Assembly: GCF_009914755.1 (NCBI RefSeq)
Contig: NC_060939.1
Reading direction: 5' to 3' (one strand)
Length of the DNA: 64,000 nucleotides
Source of the DNA: the human T2T-CHM13v2.0 reference genome, Homo sapiens
The translations under genes and the position numbers were made by a program. Below the pieces are notes generated by a model, which had not been told where the DNA came from, did no database searches, and saw only the letters and a program-made list of their open reading frames with translations. The number at the start of each line of letters is the position of its first letter. Position 1 is the first letter of the stretch. Shown piece by piece: positions 46,969 to 59,104 of this stretch.

Positions 46969-49900
46969 AGGTGTTGAGCTCTGCCAGCTGCCCGGCCCCA
47001 CTGTGAGGCCGCCCCTTGCAGGTGAGTTCACTGGCAGCCCAGCCAGCCCACGAAGGCCATGTGAGTGTGAACCCCCATTACAAGCTTTCCCTCATGAGAT
47101 GGCGCTGATCAGTCTGGGGGATACCTGCCTTTCAGTATGGGCTGCAGCCATTAGGCTGGTACCAGGAGGAGCCAGGTCGAGCTGGCACTGGGGCGACGCT
47201 CTGTCTTTGATGCACCCTGATGCCTCCCCCATCCTGCTGACCATGGTGCTCAGCACAGACCCCTTCCAACCCATCCCAGGGCCTCTGCTCAGTGTGGCCA
47301 GAGCCTCCTGTCAACAAGTATGTCACTGCCTTCGGGTTATTATTGTTCACCAGATTCCACTTGCTCTACAACCCAGGCACAGTGCACCAGAGTTTCCCAA
47401 ACCTGTGTGCCGAGTGCCAGCCCCTTAGCAAGTGCAGCGTTGCCCATTTCACTCTGGGAAATGCAGCCATAGCTCTGGGGCCAGCTAGAGGAAGGAGTGT
47501 GATTGTGCCTTCCCGGGACAGCTTCCAGGTCTGGGAGTCTGTGATGTTGTGAGTGTTGCCTTAGCTTTGCTAAGAAAATGCTTAGGGAGATGGGTTCCTT
47601 CACCCATTCTTCCACTCATGTGCCTTTCTGGCTCCAGGGCTGGTGTCCCCTGCTTTGGAGGGGACGCTCACATGAGCTGCCCTATTGGGGTTCCGTCAAG
47701 TTTCTCTTAGCCTAAGCGGCTTCCTGTCTCGGGCTCCCTCCCCAGCCATTTGGGTCACCTTGGGTCCCTGAGGATCGCTTCTGGATCTTGGACCCCCTCA
47801 CCAACTCCTGTGACATAATAATCAAAGGTAATCAGGAAATGTATGAATCGTCTTCTTTAAGGAATATTTAGCATTTCTGCTCATTCCAGAGTCCCTGGAA
47901 GCATGGCATTTCAAAGGCTTGGTTAGATCACAAGTCCAATTTACTGCCAGAAATTTGCACGTAGAATAATACAGAGCCTATGATGGCAGTTGAAGTGGTA
48001 TCCTGTGAGAAAATTAATTAGTCCTGAAACTAAATGCCGACAGCCTCAGCAAAATATTCATGAGAGAAGCAAACCTCGTGCGTGGTGTTTGAAGTCAGGC
48101 AGCTGAGGCTGTGTACTGGACGTGTTCTCTGTGGCTGAGTTCTGCTGTGGATTCTGGGCTAGTCTAGGCAAGGCCTGCCTCTCCTTCTGGACTGGCTCCC
48201 AGGGCTGGGGGCTCAGGAAGGCCCTGCACCCTGGAGAAGAAGGGAGCCCCTGAGACTCTTTGGCCTTGTATTTGTGTGTCCCTCTGGGCTGCAGGGCTGC
48301 AGAATAAACCAGCTCCCAATCCTCCAAACAAAAATAAAGACCTGTGAATGGCTACACTTGGAGAGCAGAGTGTTTTGATATCATGGGGAGACCTGTGTAC
48401 TTAATTTACGGCCTGAAGATTGAGAAGGATTTAATTGTTCCAAAAATGGTGAGAAAAGAGCAGGTCCCAGCCTTTCTGTCTGATCACAAACAGCCGAGGG
48501 GGACTGGGGAAGTGGCCTGGTCCTCACTGCCCCTGGAGGGGCAGGAAGAGGATGGAGTGATGTGCTTGGCAGATGCAGGAATGGCCAGGCAGTGGGAAAA
48601 GCCTAGGGTTTCCAAGCCATGTCTGATCCTCTGTGTTCCTTCTGCCTGCTGGGATGGAGCCCGCCCCCCAAATATGCCTGGCTCACTTACGACTCAGAGT
48701 CAGCTGCCCCCAGGGACTTCCCGGCTCTCGTGACCTTGCTGGGCATGACTTTCAGGGGAGCCCTCTGTCCAGGAGACATAGGTCACTCGAATCACACAGC
48801 CGTGCTTTAGTGAATGCTAGCCAGGGGCCCTGGAGAGGGCAAGGACAGGACACTCCTGCATGGAAACGAAAATGAATATTTTTCTCTGCAGAAAATGAAA
48901 AGTGGTGCTGGGTCCAAGTGGTAGGTGACCTGGCTTTTGAGCGAAAATGCTGCTGGGAAATGAGAGAAAAGAAACATGAAAAGAATGCAAATGAGGGTGG
49001 TGGACAGGGGCCCAGAGGCCTGATTCCTCCACCCTCCGCAAAGGCTGGGTGTGTGATGCCTATAAATAGACACTCAAAACCCGTTCTAAATGGAGTGAAG
49101 ACATGGGCCTGCTTCCTCTTATGGAAAGGCCTTACATAAGGTGCAGTGCTGCTATTGCTCCTGGGCGGTGTGATGATTCTGTGCCTTTGTCGGAAGTCAG
49201 TGTGAAGCCTGTGGGGCTTCTGGGGGATGCACATGGATGAGCTCTGGGCTTTCTGGAGACTCGCAGACTCTGGGAAGGAGGCGGTGGGCGATGGGCAGGT
49301 CTCCTAGGGCTGGGAAACAGTCCTGAGACAGGCTCCGGGTTTCCTGAGGCGCTTCTGGGCCAGGAGCAAGTGGGAAAAGCTGGACTGCAGGGCTTGGTCA
49401 AGTGACAGCTGCCCAGAGCCGGAGTTTAGGGTGCCTGGAGAGGACAGGGGCTGGCAGGCCTGACTTTCTCACTGATCCACTTGGGGTCACAGAGCCAACC
49501 TGTAACAGAGTGAGGAACTGAGGCCGCATTGCTGGACTCCCAGTGGAGGATTCTTGCTGCTGGACTAACCTTTAGTTCATGAACTCACCCAGAAATTACT
49601 TATTTTTGGAGGACCGCAGATGGCGAGCTTAGGAGTGAAGAAGGGAATACTATTTGATGCTAATGTGATTCCAGGCAACATTCTAGAGGTTCCCTTGCAA
49701 TTCACCTTCCCAGCCACCTTTGAAGTAGTTATTGGCCAGTTTTATACACGATGAAACTGACAGAGATGGTGTGAAGGGATTTTCTGACGTTCACACAGGA
49801 AGCAAGCAGCCCATGCTGACTCCACTGCGGAAAGCGTGTGTGTGATTGACATGCTTTTTGTGTGGTGCTCACTTTGGGTGTGATAAAGAGGCCTCCTTGC

Positions 49901-51265
49901 AAAGGGCCAGGATCTGTGAAGCACCATGTTGCTTCACAGAACAGGCCGTGAAAAGCCACAGAAGCACCATAGCCTGGGAAAGAAATGGAACAACGGTGCA
50001 AACAGCCAGTTTCCCCTGAGCAGAGGCAAGCAGGTTACGGCTCTGCAGCTCCCTTAACGGGTAGCTTGTTCAACATGGAAACATCTTTAGCCTCCTCAGA
50101 GACGTTGGGTCATCTCCTTTACATGGGGACCAGAAGTATCTTCCCTGGGCCATTTTGGGTGGAGGAAATTTCGTAATTATAACCCTCTGCTAGGGGTGTC
50201 TACCTAGGAAGTGAGAGCAACTGGCCGCTTTCTTAGAGAAGTGAAGACGCTGAGTAGACTAAACCTTTGTGATGAAGTCGAAGCCACTGTGTTGCCTGTG
50301 TCCTGTTTCCTTCCCCAGTGAATGGGGCTCTTCCCTACGACTGCAGACCCCAGGACCAGATTGCAGGTGCCCTGTCCAGCAGCGCAGCCATTCGTGAAGG
50401 GCTCGCAGCCTGGCCCGGCTCAACAGCTGATGCCCCCGGGAGGAGGCTGTATTACTATCCTTTTTGAAAGGAACACAGAAAGCCCTTTGTAACTTTGTCT
50501 GTAGCCAACATGGAGGGAGAGGCAGAATTCAGATGTGATGTTGCAGACAATTGAACACCCCTCCTCCTGTTCCACCCCAGCTTCCTGCCCGTAGCCTTCT
50601 AATGCCCTTGCCCTGAATTCCTGATCCAACCCAAGGGCCTGGCCTTGAAACCCCCGAGCCTGCTGGCAGTAGCTTCCTCTTCAGCCTTCCTGTGCAGAGC
50701 TTCCTCTATTCAGGGAAGTCTGAGACCTGGTGGCCTCTTTCTCATTCTTTTCATGAAACCATCTTGCCCAGGAGAAGGTGGGCTGAGACCCTGGGCATTG
50801 GAAAGGAGAGGTGGTCCTCCTTCCTCTCTTCACTTTCATCGCAGTCCTCTCCCCGCCCACCCCCATATGCACACCCTCCGCAGTCTGAAAGTGTCGTGAA
50901 GCACCAGCTCTGCAAACCCGTGGGGTCAAGCTTTGTTGTGGGAAAATACATATTCATGAGGGCTTTGAGGAGCCTCATTAAAATGCAGAGAGTCTCTCCT
51001 TTCAGAATGGTACATAAGCCATCTCTTTATTTGCCCAACACATTGTTCTTAAGGCAATAATTATGCGATGAATGGCTAAAGAAACATTTTAATTATTTGT
51101 TTAGGGTAATTTCTGATTATCTCATTAGAATTATAATCTGTCCACTTTTACAGGTGATTCAAAGCCTCATATTTACATTTTTATACTTGAAGGAGCTCTA
51201 TGTGCGCACCTGTATCATTGCTGAAGTGAAAGTAATTTTCTCTGTTTTCTTCTGCTTTATTCCAG

Positions 51266-51319
51266 AAAGATTTGATCACCAGGAGATTTTTCGGGACATT
51301 ACCAAACCACTCATTTTAG
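51266..51319 (+). CDS. Candidate 54-nt internal (cassette) coding exon, phase 1-1, peptide xRFDHQEIFRDITKPLILx; host gene not identified
   Basis: Acceptor ttttctctgttttcttctgctttattccAG and donor TAG|GTAAGA. Length divisible by 3, only one open frame (the other two contain TGA or TAG), non-repetitive flanks, TGCATG at 51341-51346. Confidence 0.55.
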   Translation, partial: KDLITRRFFGTLPNHSF

Positions 51320-53779
51320 GTAAGAAATACAAGGCAGCGTTGCATGGAATGAGGTTTTGCTTTTGCCATGTGGGGAGCGGACCGTTTCACTGGAGGGAAA
51401 ATGCTACATTGCAGGCAGAGCTGGCAACTGCCGTGGCTCTTTGTTTTCTGGGATCCTGTGTGTGTGAGCTTGGGGAGTTTGAAGCTGGGGTTTGAGTCAC
51501 AGCCAAGGAGTGGATGGACACTGGGGACGCTTCTGGCACTTACCTTGCCCGGAACCGACCTGCCCACCACCCAATGACAACACAGCAAGACACGCACTCC
51601 CCATCTGTCCTCTCCTCATTATACTGGTGTTTCTGTAAACCATGGTCCTCACCAGACTCAGTCATTGATTTGTGTAACCCCTACCTAGGTTCCTAGTTAC
51701 AGCGAAAGTAGACACATGTATATCGGCAATAATAGGTAGCACTCGAACCTTTCACTCTCCAGTGTGGGCAGTGGCTGGTCTACTTTGAGAAGGGACCAGC
51801 CATTGTGAGATACCAGGAAGCTGAGCAGAAGAAATCTAACTTTGATAAAAAGAGGCCTCCTCATCTTGCCAGGGATGGAGCGTGGTCCATCCTCCCTCCC
51901 TGTGCATGGAGCAGTATTGCAGCCCTGAAGACACTGCCCCATGGTCAGCATCTGGCTTGCCCTTGCCCTGTAGGACTGGTAGGAACAGAGCCCTGGTGCC
52001 AGCCGAGTGTTCCACACAGGGGAGACTTGCAAGGGACAGGTTCTGCACTGCAGATGAATTGGCTGTCTTCTTCTGTGGCTGGAGACACACAAGGCAGCGG
52101 CTTTGTAGGGAAACTGGTGTACAGGGTGGGGCGTGTTTGGAGAACGAGGAGCAGAGGGCATTGTTGCTGGAGTTAAAGAAGCAGAGCCAGGGATGGTCTT
52201 CATGTCCTGATGCCCAGAGCAGGCCTGAGCTTCTGATGGATTCTGGGGGTTCTTATGTATTCTTGGGAAGGAGCATGTGGTAAGCTTGGACAGGGAGGCA
52301 GTTCAGAGTGTTACATGCAAGGCAGCGGTGGCCTTGGGAACACCCCCCCTGCCTGACCAAGGCAAGGAACACTTTGTGTGTCCCAGTGTGGAATCTCTGT
52401 GCCAGTTGTGAGGGGACGGATGAAGACCAGCAGGGGTGAGGACGGGATTCTGGAGTGTCAAGACTCAGGTTCAGAATCACAGTTTTTCTTCCAGGGCAGC
52501 ACAAGGCCACAAGTGTGGCTATTTGAAGCCACCCAAAAAGCCATTATTTGTAAAGCAAGGCAGCTTTATTGATTTCACTTTCTGCCCTGCATCTTTCCCA
52601 CATTGTGGTAACCACTCACCATCCCTGTTCTGCTGATGAGGCAGGAATTCCCTTGCATCCAGTTGGGGAGCATTCTTGTCACAAATGTCCTGGATGAATT
52701 ACACGGTGGCTCTCCGTGGAGGGAGCACATTCACAAGGCATTTAAGAGATGCAGGACAATCAGCCCTCGTCCATGAAACAGGGTGAAACGTAGAAGAGCT
52801 GCGTGATTATTAATGGGTTTGGACATAAGCTGGAGTGTTTACTGAAATTTTTCTCAGTTGTCAGTTTTCAAAGTTTGTGAATGTACTTTTGTGCTCTCAA
52901 CAGGCCTTTTCTGCTCTATTTAACTTTCTACTTAGGGTTGTAAACATACTTCAGCCGTAATGACATTAGATACATCATCCACTCTCAGCTCTGAAAATGC
53001 TGGAGATTTTGATTATCACCAGCAGTAAGGACAGCTTATGAAGGGAGATGTTACTTATGGAGACACAGCTCATGATTCCATAAAATTCCAGTCTTCTGGG
53101 AGCCCAGGGTTAAGCAGCTGCCTCAGCCCATCCACCCTCTAGGGACTGTCCACGGTGAAATTGGCTTCTTGACGTTTTCCTTATGGAACCTGGGGTGTCA
53201 TTACATTCTGTTAGAGTCATAGGGTGGTTCTATTTATGCCTGTAAGGTATAAGGTATTTTTTTCTTCTGAGTCTAGAAAAGACCTACTGGAATTTTTATG
53301 TATCCTGAAATACTATTAGACGATCAAAATCAATTGCAATAGAGAAGGTGCTGGGCTCTCTTCCCAATTGCTCTCACCCATCTGCAGTGTAATAGGCCTA
53401 TCATGTAAGTGAATATACTCATCACAATTCTCTGCAGCTTCCCAGCAGAAAAGCATATTCCTTCTCAGAGAGAAAGGCGGCAAGGAGATGGATATTTTTA
53501 AATGCCAATTATGCCAGAATGAGTCTCTGTGAGGAGATCTGTAAAGAGAAGAAAGGGCCGGGGTTTATTTATTTTTCTGCTGCGAATGGAATCATTCTGT
53601 AGCTTCAGAATACTAATCCCTGTGATGTGCCTGATGTCTTTTCATAGGATAATTTGTGAATGTGCTTCCACTTACAGGAAAAGTTTGAGGCTCTTTTCTT
53701 ATTCTTCTTTTTCTTTTTTTTTTTTTTTTGAGAATTAAATTCTAGGCCTCACTATATCCTATGATAACCGTCCTATAGG

Positions 53780-55200
53780 CCCTCGATCTATAAAATGTGT
53801 GCATAATGAAATATATAAAATCAGCGATTATCCTGAAGGAACACAGAAAAGATTAATAAGCTGTATTTAAATCACGGCAAGTCTCAGAACATATATTAAG
53901 TTAGAAGACATCACGTCCTGAAAATGACGGGCTGATGTGATACTAGCATGTACCCCCGTATGGATGCATATAAATGCTGTGTAAAACCTAGCCCAAAGTG
54001 TTCTTTAAAACCTAAGATCCAAAGAAAGGCATGGAAATTCCAAGCTATGAGACATGAAGAGAAAACACAAAGCCAGAGCACTAAGGGAGGAGGCCATGAG
54101 ACCCCCAAGCAGTGAGGTTCCTGATGGAGAGCCAGGATGATGAAGACTGTGTGACATTTGTGCAGGGAGAGACACGGCAATGGCTGGGACAGGGTAGCAA
54201 GGCTAGGAGCAAGTGCTCATATGTATAGGAAGCCAGGAGGTGGCAGACGTGTGTTATGGACCAGGTGGGATGTGATGCAGGACAGCTGGTTGGCCACATA
54301 GGAAAAGAGAAAAGATAAAGTGAGATCCCTACCTCACAGCACATGTACCAGTAAACGGCCATAGAATTAAAGGCCTATGCCGGGCACGGTGGTTCACACC
54401 TGTAATCCCAGCATTTTGGGAGGCCGAGGTGGGCAGATCACCTGAGGTCGGGAGTTCGAGACGAGCCTGGCCAACATGGCAAAACCCCATCTCTACTAAA
54501 AATATAAAAAATTAGCTGGGTGTGGTGGCGGACATCTATAATCCCAGCTACTCGGGAGGCTGAGGCAGGAGAATTGCTTGAACCTGGGGGGCGGAGGTTG
54601 CAGTGAGCGAGATCATGCCACTGCACTCCAGCCTGGGTGACAGAATGAGACTCCATCTCAAAAAAAAAGAAAAAAAAAAAGGCCAAAATGTAAAGACAAA
54701 AATGTTAAAATACATAGAAGATTTTTTCTATCTGCTCTTGAGGTGGGAAACATACACACATCATAAAAGAAAAGATGGATTAATCAAACATCAGTATTAG
54801 CAACTTCTTTAAGAGAACTACAGGCTGGAATAAATATTCATGATGAATTTACTGTGAGAGATTTGTATTCTGTTTGTATCAAGAACTCTTTCAAATTAAT
54901 TTTAAAAAGACAATAGAATTGAAAAATGAGCAAATACTATGAAGAAGAAAAAATGAAAATGTCAAATAGACAAATGAACTCTGCCTTGCTCCTAATCTGG
55001 GAACTGCCTGGGAGACCATGAGATGTTGGCAAATTAGAAAGTCTGATAATCGAAGGGTTGCCCAGAGTGTGAAGCAAGGGGGCCTTCATGTCCTGTTTAT
55101 CAAGGGCAAGTTAGTAAACCCCTTTAGAGAACAATTAGGTGTTATCTAGTAAGGTTGAAATGTGGATCCCCCATGACCCAGCAATTCTGCTCATGAAAGG
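53780..55200 (+). mobile_element. Ancient L1 ORF2/3' remnants (L1ME-like), interrupted by an Alu
   Basis: gatccctacctcacagcacatgtacc, tatcaagaactctttcaaattaat, atgacccagcaattctgctc. Confidence 0.55.
54378..54680 (+). mobile_element. Alu SINE (AluSq/Sp-like)
   Basis: cacctgaggtcgggagttcgagac; poly-A; short TSD aaaggcc. Confidence 0.95.
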
Positions 55201-55210
55201 GATTCAGTGT

Positions 55211-55728
55211 TGTATTAGTCAGTTCTCTCAAAAACAGAACCAATAGGATCAGTTTATCTTAGAGTTTATGTATCGATCAATCGATTGATTGGTCAATTGA
55301 TATAAGGTATTGGCTTGCATGATATGGCATCTGGGAAGTCTCACAATCTGCCATCTGCAAGCTGGAGACCCAGGGAAGCCAGTATTGTAGTGCAAAGGCC
55401 TGGAAAGCAGAGAACTGGTGCAGATTCCAGTCCAGGCCGAAAGGCCTGAGAACCAGCAGCATGGAGGGCAGAGAAGACCAATGTCCCAGTCAAGCAGTCA
55501 GGCAGAGAGTGAATTCAACCCTCCTCTGCTGTTTTGTTCTATGCAGGTCCTCACTGGAGTGGACGATGCCCACCTACACTGAGGAGGGCCGTCTGCTTTA
55601 CTCAGTCTGCCAATTCCAATGGTAACCGCTTCCAGAAACACCTCACAGACTATCCAGAAACAGTGTTTAACCAGACGCATGGGCACCTTGTGGCCCAGTC
55701 AGGTTGATACATAAAATTAACCATCACA
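55211..55728 (-). mobile_element. ERVL solo LTR (MLT2B-like)
   Basis: tgtattagtcagttctc..aacagaaccaatagga ... gatacataaaattaaccatcaca; TG..CA ends; 5-bp TSD agtg(t/g). Confidence 0.88.
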
Positions 55729-56105
55729 AGTGGGTCACAACCAGCGTTTTCTAAAAATATGAACCAGATTAGAACAGAAGATATCAGAGTTTGTTCTGCA
55801 TAGTGAATGATAGTGATCCTGAGAAGGGGGACTTTGAGGGGATGGGACTGACAGCGATGGTTAAGCCTGAATGGAGGTTTGCTACATTGTTTTCTATACT
55901 TCTATGTATTTGCAAAGTTGAGGAGAAAAGAAGTTGTGGTAAACCCCTGGATGTAGGCACACGGACCCCAGTGTTCTGTGCTGTGGGTCCCTCTGATGCA
56001 GCCGTCTTGCTCCCGTCTTGCTGGTTCATCCTCCACCTTGGCTGACTACCTGGCCTCACCCTTGTACAGGTGCTTCTGTTTGTCTCTTCATTGAAATGGG
56101 TGGGA

Positions 56106-56380
56106 TTTATTGATTTATTTAGAGACAGGGTCTTGCTCTATTGCCCAGGCTGGAGTGCAGTGGTCTGATCATGGCGCACTGCAACCCTGACCTCCAGGGC
56201 TCAATCAACCCTCCCTCCTTGGCCTCCTGAGTAGCAGGGACTACAGGCATGTGCCACCACACCCAGCTTATTTTTATGTATTGTTTTTATAGAGGTGGGA
56301 TTTTGCCATGTTGACCAGGCTGGTCTTGAACTCCTTGGCCCCTAGAATGCTAGGATTACAAGTGTAAGCCATCATTCCCT
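56106..56380 (-). mobile_element. Alu SINE (AluJ-type), left arm partly deleted
   Basis: agagacagggtcttgctctattgcccaggctgg...gaactccttggcccctagaatgctagg. Confidence 0.9.
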
Positions 56381-56709
56381 GTGTGAAATGAGTAGGATTT
56401 CTGAATGAGCCAGGCTTTGCACATTGACCTGGCTCTGCCTCTTGAACTGCTGCCTTCACATGGGAGGCTCCTTCTGGCCCTGCCTGTGTGGCTGATTCCT
56501 CTCTCAGGTGCTTCTCTTTATCTTCACAGACGAGGCTCATGGGCTTCACTTTTTGGGACCTTAGGTGGACATCTGAGTCCACAGCCCTCCTGCCTGGCTT
56601 CTGTCTCTGTGGATTTGCAGGCCTGCTTGTCCCATATCCTCCAGTGCCCAGCCCAGTGCCTCATGTACAGTGGATGCTCAAGAAGTGTGTAGTCATCACA
56701 TAGCTCTAG

Positions 56710-57017
56710 TTTCTTATTTTTATTTTTATTTATTTATTTTTTTTGAGACAGGGTCTCACTCTGTCACCCAGGCTGGAGTGCAGTGGCATGATCATAACTC
56801 ACTGCAGCCTTGAACTGGGCTCAAGCAATCTTCCCACCTCAGCCCCCTGAGTAGCTAGGACTACAGGTGAGTGCCACCATGCCCAGCTAATTTTAAAATC
56901 TTTTGTAGAGAGGGCATTTCACCATATTGTTCAGACTGGTCTCGAACTCCTGGCCTCAAGTGGTCCTCCCACGTGGGCCTCCCGCAGTGCTGGGATTACA
57001 GGCATGAGCCACTGCCT
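56710..57017 (-). mobile_element. Alu SINE (AluJ-type)
   Basis: gatcataactcactgcagccttgaactgggctcaagc; flanked by ctctag. Confidence 0.93.
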
Positions 57018-57489
57018 CTAGACTTTAGAAATGTTCAGAAGCTCACCTTCCCATCTGCAAAGTGGAGACTCATGAGTTGGGGGCGGGTAGATTGTGAGAA
57101 TGAACCACATAATGAAGAGGGGATGTGTAGCACATGTGAGTTTTCCCATCTTGCTGGTTTCCTTCCCTGGAAGAGGCAAAGAGAGGACAAGGAGCTGGCT
57201 GTTACTATTTGCTTGCAGACTTGGTGTGTGCTTTCAAATTGGAAGCTCCTGCTCTGACACCCAGTTCTTTTTTGTTTTAAGTTGTACTTTAGAAGAGAAA
57301 AAAATTCATCAACACCCTTTTTTTTAAAAGATGGAAAATGGGTTAAGAAAGTAGCACGAGGAACTGTGAGCCCAACATAATTAGTGTGATGAAAGAGAAG
57401 TTAGCCATTTCTGTATGTAACTTTTGATTAATGATATTCAGCTCTAATTAATTATGTCCAATTCTAATTAATGACATTAGTGTGCAAGC

Positions 57490-57725
57490 TGGCATTCTCA
57501 AACTATATTCTGAGGATTCCCAGCGGATGTTCTTGAATATAATAGTCCCCGGTCACATTAGGTTGGGAAGTGCTGTGTGTACTGCCCGTCTTGGACACTC
57601 CCAAAGCACCATATAAAAGGCCTTCAGAAGTCCTGCAAGAAAAGGAACAATTTAAATTTCTTTTAACCTGTCATTTCCCAGACTTACTTTTACCATGTGT
57701 GCTGCTAGGCACATACGGACATGCT
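57490..57725. mobile_element. hAT-Charlie MITE-like fossil (MER103/MER119-like)
   Basis: ttctcaaactatattc..cagaagtcctgcaagaaaaggaac..tttaacctgtcatttcccagacttac; family assignment uncertain. Confidence 0.35.
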
Positions 57726-57859
57726 AATTTAACTCTCATACCACAAGGTGTGCTTGGATGAATTGATGAGCAATGTACATGTCATGGAGACGTTTTCTAA
57801 GTCTTCCAGAGTCATAGCAGGGGTCTCCTGTATCGCAGCAGAGCATACTGCAAAGAATT

Positions 57860-57990
57860 GCATTTCCATACAGTCTAGGGCTGCTGTGAACTAATCTCCT
57901 TTCTTGGGCAAATCGCTTAATCTCCTTCAATCAGTTCATACATCTGCAGAGGAAAGGGTGATGGCATGCCACCCTGGATGGTGGGAGGAC
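57860..57990 (+). mobile_element. MIR remnant
   Basis: tcttgggcaaatcgcttaatctccttcaatcagttcatacatctgcaga. Confidence 0.5.
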
Positions 57991-58339
57991 TCCTAGCAGT
58001 GGTGGCTGTTACCATCTCATAAGAAACCCTCATTACAAGAAAGTCCACGTCATTTGCCATGTGCTGGTCTCGGGGGGTCAGCGAGTGGGGGGCTGCAGGG
58101 AGAGACCACCAGTTACCTCCTGAGCCTCACGTGTGGGGTACACTGTGTTTTGTCCGTTGTTGGATTTGTATTCATTGTTCATCTAAAAGTGATTATGTTG
58201 AAAAACAGAATGGTGGCAGACAGGCATGTTTGGCATGGGTTAATGCGAGGCTGGAAAGAGAGCCCCTGACCTTCAGTTCGAGAATCAGCCACTGCAGGAA
58301 AGGGTGGCGTCTTGGTGGCCGCATACTGTGAATGTCAAG

Positions 58340-58740
58340 GGAGACGAAGAGTGCACCCTGGGGAGGGCGGACTCATCAGTCCAGTGGGTTGTCCAGGAGG
58401 GAGTGAGGGTTGATCTTTCATCTCGAAGGATGAATATACATTTCTGCGAGAGAGGGGGAAGACGGGCGTTCCAGGCAAACAAGCGTGTATATATAACTGA
58501 AGCGTGGACAGAGGAAGCAGCGTGGCTGGTCTGGGAATGGAATTGTTTGATCTGGCTTGATGGAGGAGCTAGGGGGTGAGGTAGAAGAGGTGGCAGAGGC
58601 CAGCTTGACCTGTGTAGATGGCTTGGGAGAAGCCCTGGCAGGTCTTTGTTGGAGGGCTGACAGGAAGGGATATGTGCTTTCCATAGTTGACCTTGGAGGG
58701 TGCGGCATGGGGTGGAGGCCCGTGCACCAGAGGCTCCTCA
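58340..58740 (-). mobile_element. L2 remnant
   Basis: Purine-rich antisense L2 pattern (tcgaaggatgaata..gggcgttccaggcaaac..gcagcgtggctgg). Confidence 0.5.
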
Positions 58741-59104
58741 TAGAGTCTCTACAGAGAGATGACCAGGCTAGCGTTTTCATGGCATGAAGGTTGTCTTCAG
58801 AAACTCGCTTCACAATCTACTTAAGATGAGTCAAATCTACCCTCCAAAGAACATCTGCTGCTACTGGAGATAGCGCTTCAAAAGCTAATGCAGGTGCTGA
58901 ATGTTTTTCCACCATGAGGGTTCCTTCTGTGCATCAATTAGTCTAGACTCTTGCTGTTTGAGGAAAGAGGCTCAGAGTAGTTAAGCCACTAGCTCCAGGT
59001 CTCATAGCTGGCTGATAGGACATCAACCTGCGGAGTCTCTATGGAGGTGGAATAGTTTCAGTGGTGCACTGAAACAGTAGGGGATGGATAGGAGAAAGGC
59101 TTGG

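Noticed and set aside
46664-47428. Longest ORF (254 aa)
   Set aside because: Non-ATG start, Pro/Cys/Ser-rich composition typical of chance GC-rich ORFs, no recognisable domain or clear exon boundaries
51097-51495. 132-aa ORF as a stand-alone gene
   Set aside because: Non-ATG start; the hydrophobic stretch is the translated pyrimidine tract. Only the 54-nt splice-bounded part is credible
51538-51546. Consensus donor AAG|GTAAGT on the minus strand (possible antisense exon)
   Set aside because: About one such 9-mer is expected by chance per strand in a window this size; no matching acceptor or promoter identified
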